Shown: positions 25,376 to 36,659 of the stretch, one piece after another
Layout of the letters: each line of letters begins with the position of its first letter
Position numbering within the stretch: the stretch's first letter is position 1
NCBI GenBank assembly: GCA_028534125.1
Contig: CM052817.1
Span: 97,900,001 to 97,964,000, forward strand
From: Lama glama
Taxonomy: Eukaryota
DNA: 64,000 nt
Direction of reading: 5' to 3'
Program-made: the position numbers and the translations under genes
Notes under the pieces: model-generated
What the model saw: the letters and a program-made list of their open reading frames with translations, nothing else
What the model was told of the DNA's origin: nothing
Database searches by the model: none

Positions 25376-25985
25376 GGCAATAAAGACATGTATAACCTTA
25401 GTGGTTAGAAGAATTTGATTCTCATCTTTTATTTTTGAGGTTACCCATTTCAATATACATTTGAAAATATTTTCTGCTCATTTTGAATTCTTGTGTTAAT
25501 TCTTTAAAAACGATCAACAGAAACTCGGCTGTAACATTGTATTGACATTGTGTTGCTTATTTTAAATAAGAAGTAAAATACCTATGTACTTCTGGGTAAT
25601 TTTGTTCAACAAAAATTATAGGATCGTTCAAGTTGAATGATCAGTGGATTGGACATTGAAAGGTTCTGCCCTCAGCTCAGCTGTTCCCTGGACTCATACC
25701 TTCTGTTTTTCAGGTAAAGTCCCTTGCCCTCTCTGAGAGTCTTTTTCCCTTTATTTTAAAGTAAAGGGACCAGAAATGGATTTTCTCTAAGTTTCTTGAT
25801 AAAAACATTCTGTAACTCTGTGAGTTACTAGTAGGCTCTCAGGGTTATACTAAGTGCTTCCACCTGGCTCAGTTGGACAATTATCTTTCCATTAATACTT
25901 TTCTAACTACTCTGTACCTCTGGGAAAGTCACCTGTTCTCTTTTTAATGTCCTTACTTGGTTCTCTCTGTATTTGTACCATACCA

Positions 25986-26460
25986 TGTGGATCAGTCAGG
26001 GTTCAGTGCAAGATTAGAAAATAGTAGTGGTTTCAAGCAATGTTTAAATCAGGTAATTGGATGCTCATAGGGTAGGTGGAAGAGAAGTTAGAAGGCCACT
26101 ACTGAACTATTGACTTGAAGGTCACGCCACCAAAGCTGCTACCTAGAGGTCAGAAAATGGTGCTGCTGCCACACTTTCTCCCATGACCATAAAGCTGATG
26201 ACTGGGTTCTGGGGTGTGGAGTCTAGTCACCACAAACACGTTTGTATGATCTTGCCTTGACAGTATCAACAAAGGCAGGACAATGGCTGTCACATCACGT
26301 TCATTTTAAACCATCATTCAAGTGCATCTGGTGAGTCCTCGTTCAGATTTAGAGACAGCTTCAAGCACATATGGGGAACATAGGGATCGCCTTTTCAATC
26401 CCTTCCCATAGAATGAGGGTGGGGTTGTGCTTAGGAGGGCTAACTCAAATGTCTACCATA
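25986..26460. mobile_element. Ancient MLT1-family (late-letter subfamily) LTR
   Basis: Starts 'tgtggatcagtcagggttcagtgca', contains 'aagtgcatctg', ends 'aaatgtctaccata'; highly diverged. Confidence 0.5.
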
Positions 26461-26889
26461 GTATGTGTAATGATTGACTTTTTGAACTAATTTATTTATG
26501 GAACTTCCTACCGGACTGTAAGCCCCTCAAGGGCAGGAGCCATGTCTTATTAATACAAATACCAATAAATCAGGGAGGAGGCAGATCTTGAAAGGATTTT
26601 AGTCCATTCAGAAAACATATATCCACAATAAACAATGGGAAAGAACTAAGCAAAGCTATATGATGGGCTAGTAAAGTCTAATTGAGAGGCCAGTGAAGGC
26701 AGGAGTGGTCAGGAAATCTTAAGAAAAGATACAGATCACAGCATGAATTTGAAGAATGGTAGAATTTGGATGGACCCCAAGACAAAGATAAGATGTTCCT
26801 ATTAAGAGAATCCAGTAGTTGGCACCATGGGTACTGGGAGCTATCTCTTCTCAGTCAGAAAGTTTCTCACATACAAAAATAGTTTTCAA

Positions 26890-26995
26890 TTATTTGTAAT
26901 TCATTTAGTGAATATTTATTAAGTGGCTAACATATATGCCATCTATATTTTTCAGAGGCTGGGGATATAACAATGAATAAAACAGAAAACAGGAA
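26890..26995 (-). mobile_element. L2 3' end fragment
   Basis: 'aattcatttagtgaatatttattaagtggcta...aggctggggatataacaatgaataaaacaga'. Confidence 0.65.
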
Positions 26996-28991
26996 AAAAT
27001 GCGATAAGAGAAGTATCAAACTTCAGTAGAGAGAGCAAATATTTTCAGATGTTGTTTGATACTGGCTTTTATATTTTGAAATAGTTTGTGTGATTGAATA
27101 ATTTTCTTCCTCCTTTTTTTCTTACACGTGTAGTTCAGATGGTTCCTAGTATGCTTGGCAACATAGACATTCTCATATAGACTCTGCCAGATGGCCTGCT
27201 CATTGTCTAAATGCCTACTAGTTACATCATGCTATAATAGATGTTAACACAGTTGTGGAGAGGAGGGTAATGATAGATCCATTAAGTAAGGGATATAGAG
27301 TGTTGGTCTGTTTGTTCCCCACCCCAACCCCTACCTTTTGGAAAACATGAGTTAAACAAAGAATATAGTAAGTAAGTGTGCTACGAAGAATGTTTAATTT
27401 GGGGCTTATGGAAAGATATTGTTCAAAGTGAAAATAAAACCTTTCTAGAGAATGCTAAAATGAGTTCAGACTCATATCTGTCTTCCATAAATATATCTGC
27501 CCAATCTGTCAATGTTCTTGTATAGTAAGACCAAATGCATTGTCCTGACCGTCAGTGCCCTGTGCCTTACCTTATCTAGATTGTAATCCCTTTGATGGCA
27601 GCAACCGTATAAACTCTGTAAATGCCACCTCGACTTCTCCTTTACTTTGCCTACCTGAAAACTCACTGGTCATTTGTCTGCTTATGTCATATTCTTGTGT
27701 GATCATTCTGTATGTACTTCTCATCACTTTATTTCTATTGAACAGACTATTCCAAACCACCTACACACTTGAAAAATGTCTCCCTACATTTCTAATCGTT
27801 TATAAAAATGCTAAACAAAATTTGTTTCCTAGGGCAAATTCCTAGGTGGAAGACTGTTTATCCAATCAGAGGAGTGACATTTGTCTTAACCTTAGAAAGG
27901 ATAATCCCAGGATGATGCGTGTATGTGTGTTTTAGATTCTGCTTTTGTCATCAAGTGTTTGAAGCAAATTAGTTATGGCAGTATTGAATCATATTTTCTG
28001 GTTATCACCATTTCTGATATGTAATCTGCTTTTATTTTAGATAGAAATTTTTATAATAGAAAACATACAAAATAAAGAGAAATTGAGTTACCAAAGAGTC
28101 CAAACAACAAAGATAACTAGTGTTATTATTTTAATATATTTCTTTCTGGTCTTCTCAGGTAGCTCTGATATAAAAGAATGAAATAGCTGTGTGTATTCTT
28201 ATAGCATTTTTTTTAGATTGACTACAATGGTGCCCTTCCTCCTGTAGGTTATTTTTAGACATTCTACCTTGTTTATTATGGCTCCCACTCAGAGCCGTTT
28301 CTGGTTTGTAGCAATTGGGATCATCACTCCAGACTTTGTGCTCTGGGAAGCTCCATAATTCAGTGAACAAATTCCTGAAACTTCTGGGAAATAACTGGAG
28401 GAGAATAAGGAGATATGTATGCCAAATGGGGGTTAAAATTACACTCTTGTGGTGACATTCAGGAGATGTACTTCAGGTGTGTTGGGAATGTCAGGGAAGA
28501 CGGGACTTTGAGTTCCTTTTGTTAACTTATTTTTCCCCTGCTTCTCAGTCCTTAAGTTTCAGGTGATCATTTTGGGAAATAGTGTCTTCTTTTCCTTCCA
28601 GGTGCCATTGATACTGCTTTCAGTCTGACTCAGTTGAATATATTTAAGAGAATGTTTCTGCAGGGTGGGCATATAAAATACTGCTTTCCAGGGATCCTAC
28701 ATGCCCCTAGTGTGGGCTTGGTTCTATCAGCTTATGATTCCATCAGATAATACTCATCTTCTGCATCCTCGAAACTTTCTCTGGTGATGTTCACATGCAA
28801 CGGAGACGTGATCATTGGTTATGCACCCAGCTTCAGGCCCTGTGGCCATCTCTGCCAAGTTATATATTATGATCATTGACTCTATCCCTAAAGTTTTTCT
28901 AAAGACCTATGACTTATTTCTTTCATATTTATCACTCAGTCTAGAACATATGTGTGCATTTTCTGATGTGAGAACTATGATTATTAGCTTA

Positions 28992-31255
28992 TGTAGTAGA
29001 TTGTTTGCAAAGAAAGCGCAATTATTCTTCTCATTCTCGTATGTAAACCTCTTTGCAATGTGGCTTGGCGGCTTCTCCCATTAAGTTAAGGAATTTACTT
29101 CTCCCCATCCTCGAATATGGGCTTGGCATGTGACCTGCGTGGGCCAATAGGCTACTAGCAAAATTGTGCAAACAGAGGCTTGAAAAATGTTTGCACATTG
29201 TGGCTTGCTGTTGCCATGTGAACGAACTGGATTCTTCTCCTTGAGGATGAGAGAGAATGTGGAGAGAGGACCAGCTGTCCCAGACCAGCTCAGCCCCAGA
29301 CATCCAAGAGAGGCCATCCTAAACTTTCCAGCACCCAGGGAGCCAATCCCAAACAGAACTGCCCAGTCAACCCACAGAATCATGGTTAGCAAATAAACAT
29401 TTGTTTTATTTCCACCAGTTTCTTATGGGAGTGGTTTACTACATGGTAAAACTGAACTGGTATAGAAATTGGCACTAGAAGTGATGACTGCTATAACTAA
29501 ACTCAAAACCTGTAGCAATAGCTTTGGGGTCAGGCAGCAAATGGAGGCTGAAAAAGCAGTGAGGAAACTGCGGGCAAAGTTGAGAAAAAGGCAAATGAGC
29601 TGTTAGTAGATGCTAGCAAAGTGGTGAGGAAACAGCAATAGCCAGCTAAAAAAGATGGTGATCCATGTTTTTTAGCTGCAAAACAATTGACAGAGCTGTC
29701 ACAGGATAAAAAAAAATGTACCCAAGACACTTGTAGATATGCCTAAGATTTTTTGGCCAGTGGTTAAAGTGTCCATTGACTGCTCGTGATATGATCCTGT
29801 GAGAGAAAGATGAGCTAAAGAAAGATCGATTTGGCGAGCGGAATTTAGAGATGTGCGGGGAAGCCAAATTTGGGGGGGTTGGGGTGGAAAATAAAACTGT
29901 TTTTCATCTCTAGTCTCTCTGCACAGCAAATATTCTCAAATAAGAAATGACTTCTTATTTGGTAAATCGAGGGTAGAGCTCTCAGATCCTTTATGAAGAC
30001 CTCTGGAAGATCTCAGGTGGTGGCTAATAGAATCTTTCAGCTGCGCAGAGGGCTTTTAGGGAGTTTAAGGGTATTTCCCCGCGACAGCCTGACATTGTGC
30101 CCAGAGGGGTGTCTGTTTCCAGAGAAGCTGTGGATGTAGCATTTAGGGCATGGAGTAGACTTGAGTCTGTTCATGGGGGGAACTCATAAAATGGTGCAAG
30201 CCTTGCAAGATTTTGCTACAAAGAAGAGAAATAGTTCAGAACCCAAGGAGGTCTCTGGGCTCCAACTTCCTACGGATGGGACTCCGTCTTCCAGAAGGAA
30301 TAGCCAACGCAGCACAGGACAGTGGACTTGGGGACCGTTCTTGGGGACCATGCCCTGCTTGAGGAGTTGAGCCCTTGCTTATATTTGCTTGTTAGGACTT
30401 CACAACAGCTCTGAACTAGTGTGACTGCTCTTTAATTCTGTCCTCATTGTGAGTGGGACTGTCCGTTGCTGTTACCTAACCCCTCTCATTATTATATGTT
30501 GTGTGTGTGAGTGTGAAGTAGATGGGTGACTTTAGTGTATAGGTCTTTGGATAAAGAGGAGCCACACCTATGGAGCAGCACCTGAAGCTCTTCATCTCTG
30601 TCAGGACCTGATTTAGAGGAAGATCCTATACTTCAAGGCTGATGCCATAATAAGATATGACTTTGGGCAAAGAGAGAGAATGTATTTTGCATGTGGGAGG
30701 AAGGTTTATTTTGTGGCCAGAGAGCACATTGTGTTGGATTGTTTCTGGAGATGGCCACAATGATTCCTTCCTTAAGTACACACCTCTTCGTATTGTGACA
30801 TTGCCATTCTTCCCCAGAGGTGGAATCTTATTCTTGCTCTTTTGATCTGGGCATGGCCAAGTGACTTGCTTAGGCCAATGAGACTTGAGGAAATAAGACA
30901 GAAGCCCAGGTTTGTAAATGGCTTGTCCATTATGATCTGCTGTGAATAGCTGCTCAATCATGTCACCCTTAGACAAGGATGCAACAGTCCTTCACTAGCT
31001 GCTGGAGAGACCACATGGAGGAGAACCAGGGAGAAGAAGTCAGGATTGCCAGACTGGCGAGTGAGGCCCATCTTGACATCCAGCTTCAGTGGAGCCACCA
31101 GCTGCTGCAGCCATTTGAGTGAGACCCCTGAAGAACAGCCCAACGGATCCCAGCCCAGAGAGCCCAGCCATTGAATCATCATCTCCCAAGGAACTGTTGT
31201 TTGGAGTGGCTACCTTTTGGAGTGGTTTGTTAGGCAGCAAAATTGATCCAGATTC
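28992..31255 (+). mobile_element. Complete MaLR element: MLT1H-like 5' LTR (28992-29464), MLT1 internal region (29465-30729), MLT1G/H-like 3' LTR (30730-31255)
   Basis: 5' LTR motifs 'catgtgacctgcgtgggccaatag' and 'cagaactgcccagtcaacccacagaatcatg'; internal start 'gaaattggcactagaagtg' and end 'tattttgcatgtgggagga...gtggccagagagcaca'; second LTR 'tgtgttggattg...aagtgacttgcttaggccaatgag...ttttggagtggtttgttaggcagca'. Confidence 0.82.
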
Positions 31256-31309
31256 TCTACTTAAAATAAAATTTCAGGGGGAGATCTCCATAAAATATAA
31301 AATTACCTT

Positions 31310-31960
31310 TTGTTTATTAAATGCTGTGACAAATAACCCCCCTCTTTCTTTTTTGCTTTTGCCTTTGCGTGCTCAAGTGCAATCTTCTTATCTTGAATCT
31401 CAAGCAGTTCCGTTAATACTCTACCTGCTTTCCTTTCTTTGTTTAAAGACTTTAGTGTTTGATTTTGGATTCCCTTGCAAGGTGCCCTGGTAATTAAGCA
31501 GCTTTTGACCTGCTGAATTTTGTTTAAATTTGATCTGTCACATTTATAAGATTCCCACTCTTCTTCCTGGAAAAAATTCTTTTCCTCCCTAAAAAGATTC
31601 CCTGCCCTCACTGCCTCCTTTTTAAAAACAGCCTTTTTCCCTTTGCCATTTAGACAGTTAGTGTTTATTTTCAAATGCCTGTTCGTTTTGGGCTGAGTCA
31701 AACATTTTTCCTGAGTTTCCAATAAGCTGTTCTTAAACCGTCTCCAGGCTTCTTCATGGTTATTTACTTTCAAAACTATTTCTTTCAGGGTTTTTTTTCC
31801 CCCCAGAAAAGTCCCTATTTTGTCATAATTCCCTTTTCTAAAACTTAGTAACTTCATGATGAATACTTTTGGTTTTCCTTTCTTGCCAGAATGTTGGACT
31901 TCATCACATGGTAATTGCTGTTAATCAACCGCTCCTTGAGGGACAACATCTCTCTCACGA
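31310..31960 (-). mobile_element. Ancient CR1-clade LINE ORF2 relic (end of endonuclease and EN-RT linker)
   Basis: Translation 'FRKGNYDKI...KVNNHEEAWRRFKNSLLETQEKCLTQPK...KEAVR...LLEIQDKKIALE' follows the motif order of amniote CR1 ORF2; upstream frame reads 'LINSNYHVMKSNIL', similar to the LGxSDH endonuclease terminus. Confidence 0.72.
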
Positions 31961-32189
31961 ACATATCCTATGGATGGACAGGGCCATCACCTCCCCCTTT
32001 CTGAGGTGGTTGAAAACCACAGCTTGTCTGACTACTGAAAGTGTATCCTTGAGGGAAGTTTCAGATGGAAATGAAGTAGAGAGGGAAATGTTATTTTGTT
32101 ATTTCCTTTGAACCTTTTCTGATTCCTTAGCCCCCTTCTCTGAGAACATATCTTTATAGCATTTATGTTGCAATTTTTTGCAGAATCAT

Positions 32190-32345
32190 TTTATTTTCCA
32201 TCCTAGACTCAAGCCATTTGAGAGTAAGATCCAGGTTTCAGTCATCTTTGTACCTCTTGGAGTGAACCCTGCATGTGTGTGGTACATTATAATATTATAA
32301 AGATTATATGATAAATATCTAAATAAATGAACAATTAACATATAA
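32190..32345 (+). mobile_element. L2 3' end fragment
   Basis: 'ctagactcaagccatttgagagtaagatcc...catctttgtacc...ataaatatctaaataaatgaa'. Confidence 0.55.
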
Positions 32346-32731
32346 ATTGATGGGTGAATCCAAGCCATGAGCTGGGTCAAGAACTCCTTTGGTGGAGAAA
32401 TGGGAAGGTCACACCAAATATGTGGTCCTTCCGAATGAACTTTGTCTCTCCATGGTCATCTAGTTTTGCCTTTCCCCCTTAAAGGAAAGAGAGAAGGTTA
32501 AAGAAATAGAAACTCCATAGCAACAAGTATTCTTTTTCCTCATCTCAACCTGTATCCATTGCAGAGCTATCATTTATTGCTCAAAAGGACCTGCCGTACC
32601 TAGTTCTTCTGCTGATATTCCTAAAAGGTATAGGAAATCTGGAAGATGGCAGGAGCATAGATTTGGAATCTTTCTGATTGCTCAGTAGAATCAACAAAGC
32701 AATGACTATAGCAAAACCAAAGGCTCATATA

Positions 32732-32870
32732 CAGGTAAACTTCAGAGATATTCCTGGTTTGGTTCCAGACCACAGCAATCAAGTGAGTCATGTGAATTTT
32801 TTTGATTTCCCAGTGCATATAAAAATTACATATACACTACACTATACTTTAGTAAGTGTGCGATAGCTTT
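32732..32870 (-). mobile_element. Tigger1 terminal fragment
   Basis: TA, then 'caggtaaacttcagagatattcctggtttggttccagaccacagcaat...tttcccagtgcatataaaa'. Confidence 0.8.
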
Positions 32871-32988
32871 ATATATGTATTATATCCAGTTAGTATCCTA
32901 GCTTTTAATAGTATTTTCCCTAGCTTTAATGAGGTATAATTGACAAATTGTAATATATTTAAAGTATATGACATGATGATTTGCTATA

Positions 32989-35461
32989 CAGGCATGAAGA
33001 TATTGCAGGTTTGGTTCCAGCCCATCACAATAAAACAAATATTGCAGTAAAGGGAATCACAATTTTTTTGGCTTCCCAGTGCATGTAAAAGTTAAGTTTA
33101 CATAACATTTTAGTCTATTTAGTAGGCATTATGTCTAAAACAACAATGTACACAACTTAATTTAAAAATACTTTATTTCTAAAAATGCTAGCCATCATCT
33201 AAGCCTTCAGTGAGGTATAATCTTTTCGCTGGTGGAGGATCTTGCCTCTATGTTGATGGCTTCTGACTGAACAGGGTGGTGGTTGCTGAAGCCTGGGGTG
33301 GCTGTGGCAATTTCTTAAAATAAGACAACAGTGAGGTTTGCCGCATCAATTGACTCTTCCTTTCATGAACAATTTCTCTGTAGCATGCAGTGCTATCTGA
33401 TAGCATTTTACCCACAATAGAACTTCTTTCAAAATTGGAGTCAATCCTCTCCACCCCTGCCACTGCTTTCTCAACTACGTTTATGTAATGTTCTAGATCC
33501 TTTGTTGTCATTCCAACAGTCTTCATGGCATCTTCATCAGGAGTAGATTTTACCTCAAGAAACCACTTTCTTTGCTCATTCCTAGGAAGCAGCTCTATCC
33601 ACTCAGGTTTTCTCATGAGACTGCAGCAATTCAGTCACATCTTCAGACTCCACTTCTGAGTCTAGTTCTTTTACTGGTTCCACCACATATGTAGTTACTT
33701 CCTCCACTGAAATCTTCACTGCTCACAGTCATCCATGAGGGCTGGAATCAGCCTCTTCCAAACTCCTGTTAATGCTGGTTAATGCTCTTCTTGTGAATCA
33801 TGAACGTTCTTAATGGCATCTGGAACAGTGAATCTTTCCAGAGGTTTTCAGTTGATTTGCCCGATCCATCAGAGATATCTATGGCAGCTGTATATTACAA
33901 AATGTATTTCTTAAATAATAAGACTTGAAAGTTGAAATTACTCCTTGATCCATGAGCAGCAGAATGGGTGTTACATTAGTAGACATGAAAACAACATTCA
34001 TCTCGTTGTCCATCTCCTTCAGAGCTCTTGAGTGACCAGCTGCGTTGTCAGTGAGCAATAGTGTTTTGAAAGGAAGGTTTTTTTCAGAGGAGTATTTCTC
34101 AACAATGGGCTTAAAATATTAAGTAAACCATGTTGTAAACAGATGTTCTGTCATCCAGGCTTTGTTGTTCCATTTGAAGAGCACGAGAAGAATAGATTTA
34201 ACATAATTCTTAAGGTCTCTAGGATTTTCAGGGTGGTAAATGAGCACTGGCTTCAACATAAAGTCACGAGCTGCACTAGCCCCTAACAAGTGTCAACCTG
34301 GCCTTTGAGGCTTTGAAAGCAGGCATCTTCTCCCAAGTTCTGAAAGTCCTAGACTGCATCTTCTTCCAATAGAGGCTGTTTTGCTTACATTGAGAATCTA
34401 TTGTTTAGTGAAGCCACCTTCATCACATATCTAAGCTAGATCTTCTGGAGAACTTATGCAGCTTCTCCATCAGCACTTGCTGCTTCACTTTGTACTTTTA
34501 TGTTATGGAGATGGCGTCTTCCTTAAACCTCATGAGCCAATCTCTGCTAGCTTCAAACTTTTCTTCGGCAGCTTCCTCACCTCTCTCAGCCTTCATAGAA
34601 TTGATGAGAGTTAGGGTCTTGTTCTGATTAGACTTTGGCTTAAGAGAATATTGTGGCTGGTTTGGTCTTCTGTCCAGGCCACTAAAACTTTCTTCGTTAT
34701 CAGCAATAAGGCTGTTTTGCTTTCTTATCATTCATCTGTTCACTGGAGAAGCACTTTTAATTTCCTTAAAAAATTTTTCCTCTGCGATCACAACTTGGCT
34801 GACTGGCACAGAAGGCCTAGCTTTCGTCCTCGCCCAGATTTCCACATGTCTTCCTCACTACGCTTAATCACTTCTAGCTTTTGATTTAAAGTGAGAGCCA
34901 TATGACTCTTCCTTTCGCCTGTGTATATGTTAGGTTGCATGGCAAAGAGGAATTAAGGTTGTGGATGGAAATAAGGATGCTCACCAAGTGTAAACTTAAT
35001 AAAATAGGAAGATTAGCCTGGATTTCACTCTTCCTTTCTTCCTTTCACTGCAGCTTTGGTAGGGCTATTAATTGGCCTAATTTAAATATTGTTGTGTCTC
35101 AGGGAATAAGGAGGCCTGAGGAGGAGGGGGGAGGGGAAATTACCTGTTAGTGGAGCAGTCAGAACACACTCACCATTTATAGATTAAGTTTACTATCTTA
35201 CATGGGCATGGTTCATGGCATCCCAAAACAATTACCATAGTGACATCAAAGATCACTGATCACAGACCACTATAATGAAAACGTTTGAAAGATTGTGAGG
35301 ATTAACAGGATGTGACAGAGACACAACATTGGCAAATTCTGTTGGGAAAATGGCACCAGTAGACTTGTTCAATGCAGGGTTGCCACAAACCTTCAACTTG
35401 TTAAAAACAGAATACCTGCAAAGTGCAATAAAGTGCAGCACAATAAAATGAGATCTGCCTG
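32989..35461 (-). mobile_element. Near full-length Tigger1 (TcMar/pogo) DNA transposon with degenerate transposase
   Basis: Ends CAGGCAT...TGCCTG flanked by TA. Transposase pieces appear in minus-strand ORFs 33248-33616 ([16 protein letters not shown]...SNFERSS...[16 protein letters not shown]) and 34498-34731 ([11 protein letters not shown]...[25 protein letters not shown]); the frame is disrupted. Confidence 0.95.
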
Positions 35462-36135
35462 TACAAAACTATCCGAAAAGGCATTTCCCTGAACCCCCAA
35501 ATATTGGTGGTGACATACCACCAACGATTTATAATAACTGATATCTGTAACTCTGTGGGGAGAGCCGAGGGAAGATAATTCTGTTAGTTCTGAGAATAGG
35601 TAAGCAGTGGGCTAATCTGAGAACAACAATCAAAAAAACCATGACAGTTTTCTGCAGGGTCCAATTCAAAGGAGAATACAATGGATTATGTTGCTGTGAA
35701 TTCTAATAGTGCTGGAGGCATCTGGGCCTATAAACTCTCAAAACTATCAAGACAAAGCCGTATTCCAAGACAAAGCCCTGCAACTGAAGAGAAACTGGTA
35801 GGAGTAGAATCCCACTTGAGCAGCATGAAGGCAGTAGGACCAAAGGATTACACAGTCCAGAAATAGGAAGGGAAGAGGCAGATCTCAAAATGTACCAGAC
35901 CAAATTGTTGTTTTTGTTTGAAAACAACAGAAGAGGAAGCTCTAGAGCCATGCAACTAAAAATGTCCTCTGGCCCACACTTCCCTCTTCTGCAAGTGTAG
36001 AAAAACTTCTTTACTTAAAGGGGCTATAGTTAGATCCAATATAGTGTTACTACTAAAAAGAGAATAACCCTACAGAAAATAAAAGCACGCAGATATGACA
36101 TGCCCACAAAACATTTGAAAATTTGTATGGTATTT

Positions 36136-36656
36136 GCGGTGGGCAGAATAATGGCCCCCTAAAGACATCTACATCCTAGTCCCTTGAACCTGTGTATATG
36201 TTAGGTTGCACGGCAAAGAGGAATGAAGGTTGTGGATGGAAATAAGGACGCTCACCAAGTGTAAACTTAATAAAATAGGAAGATTATCCTGGATTACCCA
36301 GGTGAGTCCAGTGTGATCATAAGGGTCATTAAAAGTGGATGAAAGAGAATGAAGAGAGAGAACTAAAGAGATGGCTACATGGGAAGGACTCAGCCCAACA
36401 TTGATGACTTTGAAGATGGATGAATGAGGCTACAGGCCAAGGAAGATGTGGGTATTCTCTAGAAGCCAGAAAGGGTGAGAAAACAGATTTTCCCCTAAAG
36501 CCTCCAGAAGGAACAGTCATGTTGACACCTTTATCTTAGCACAGTGAGACCAATTTTGGATTTCTGACTCTCAGAACTGTAAGATGATAAGTATGCATTG
36601 TTTTAGGCCATTAAGTGTGTGGTAATTTGTTACAGCAGGCATAAAAATCTCATATG
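36136..36656 (+). mobile_element. MLT1D MaLR solo LTR
   Basis: 'tgcggtgggcagaataatggccccctaaagac...agattatcctggattacccaggtg...agcctccagaagga...cagaactgtaagatgataa...gtggtaatttgttacagcag'. Confidence 0.9.
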
Positions 36657-36659
36657 CTA

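Noticed and set aside
33248..34731. Domesticated transposase gene (TIGD1-like)
   Set aside because: The transposase frame is broken by stops and frameshifts inside an ordinary Tigger1 copy.
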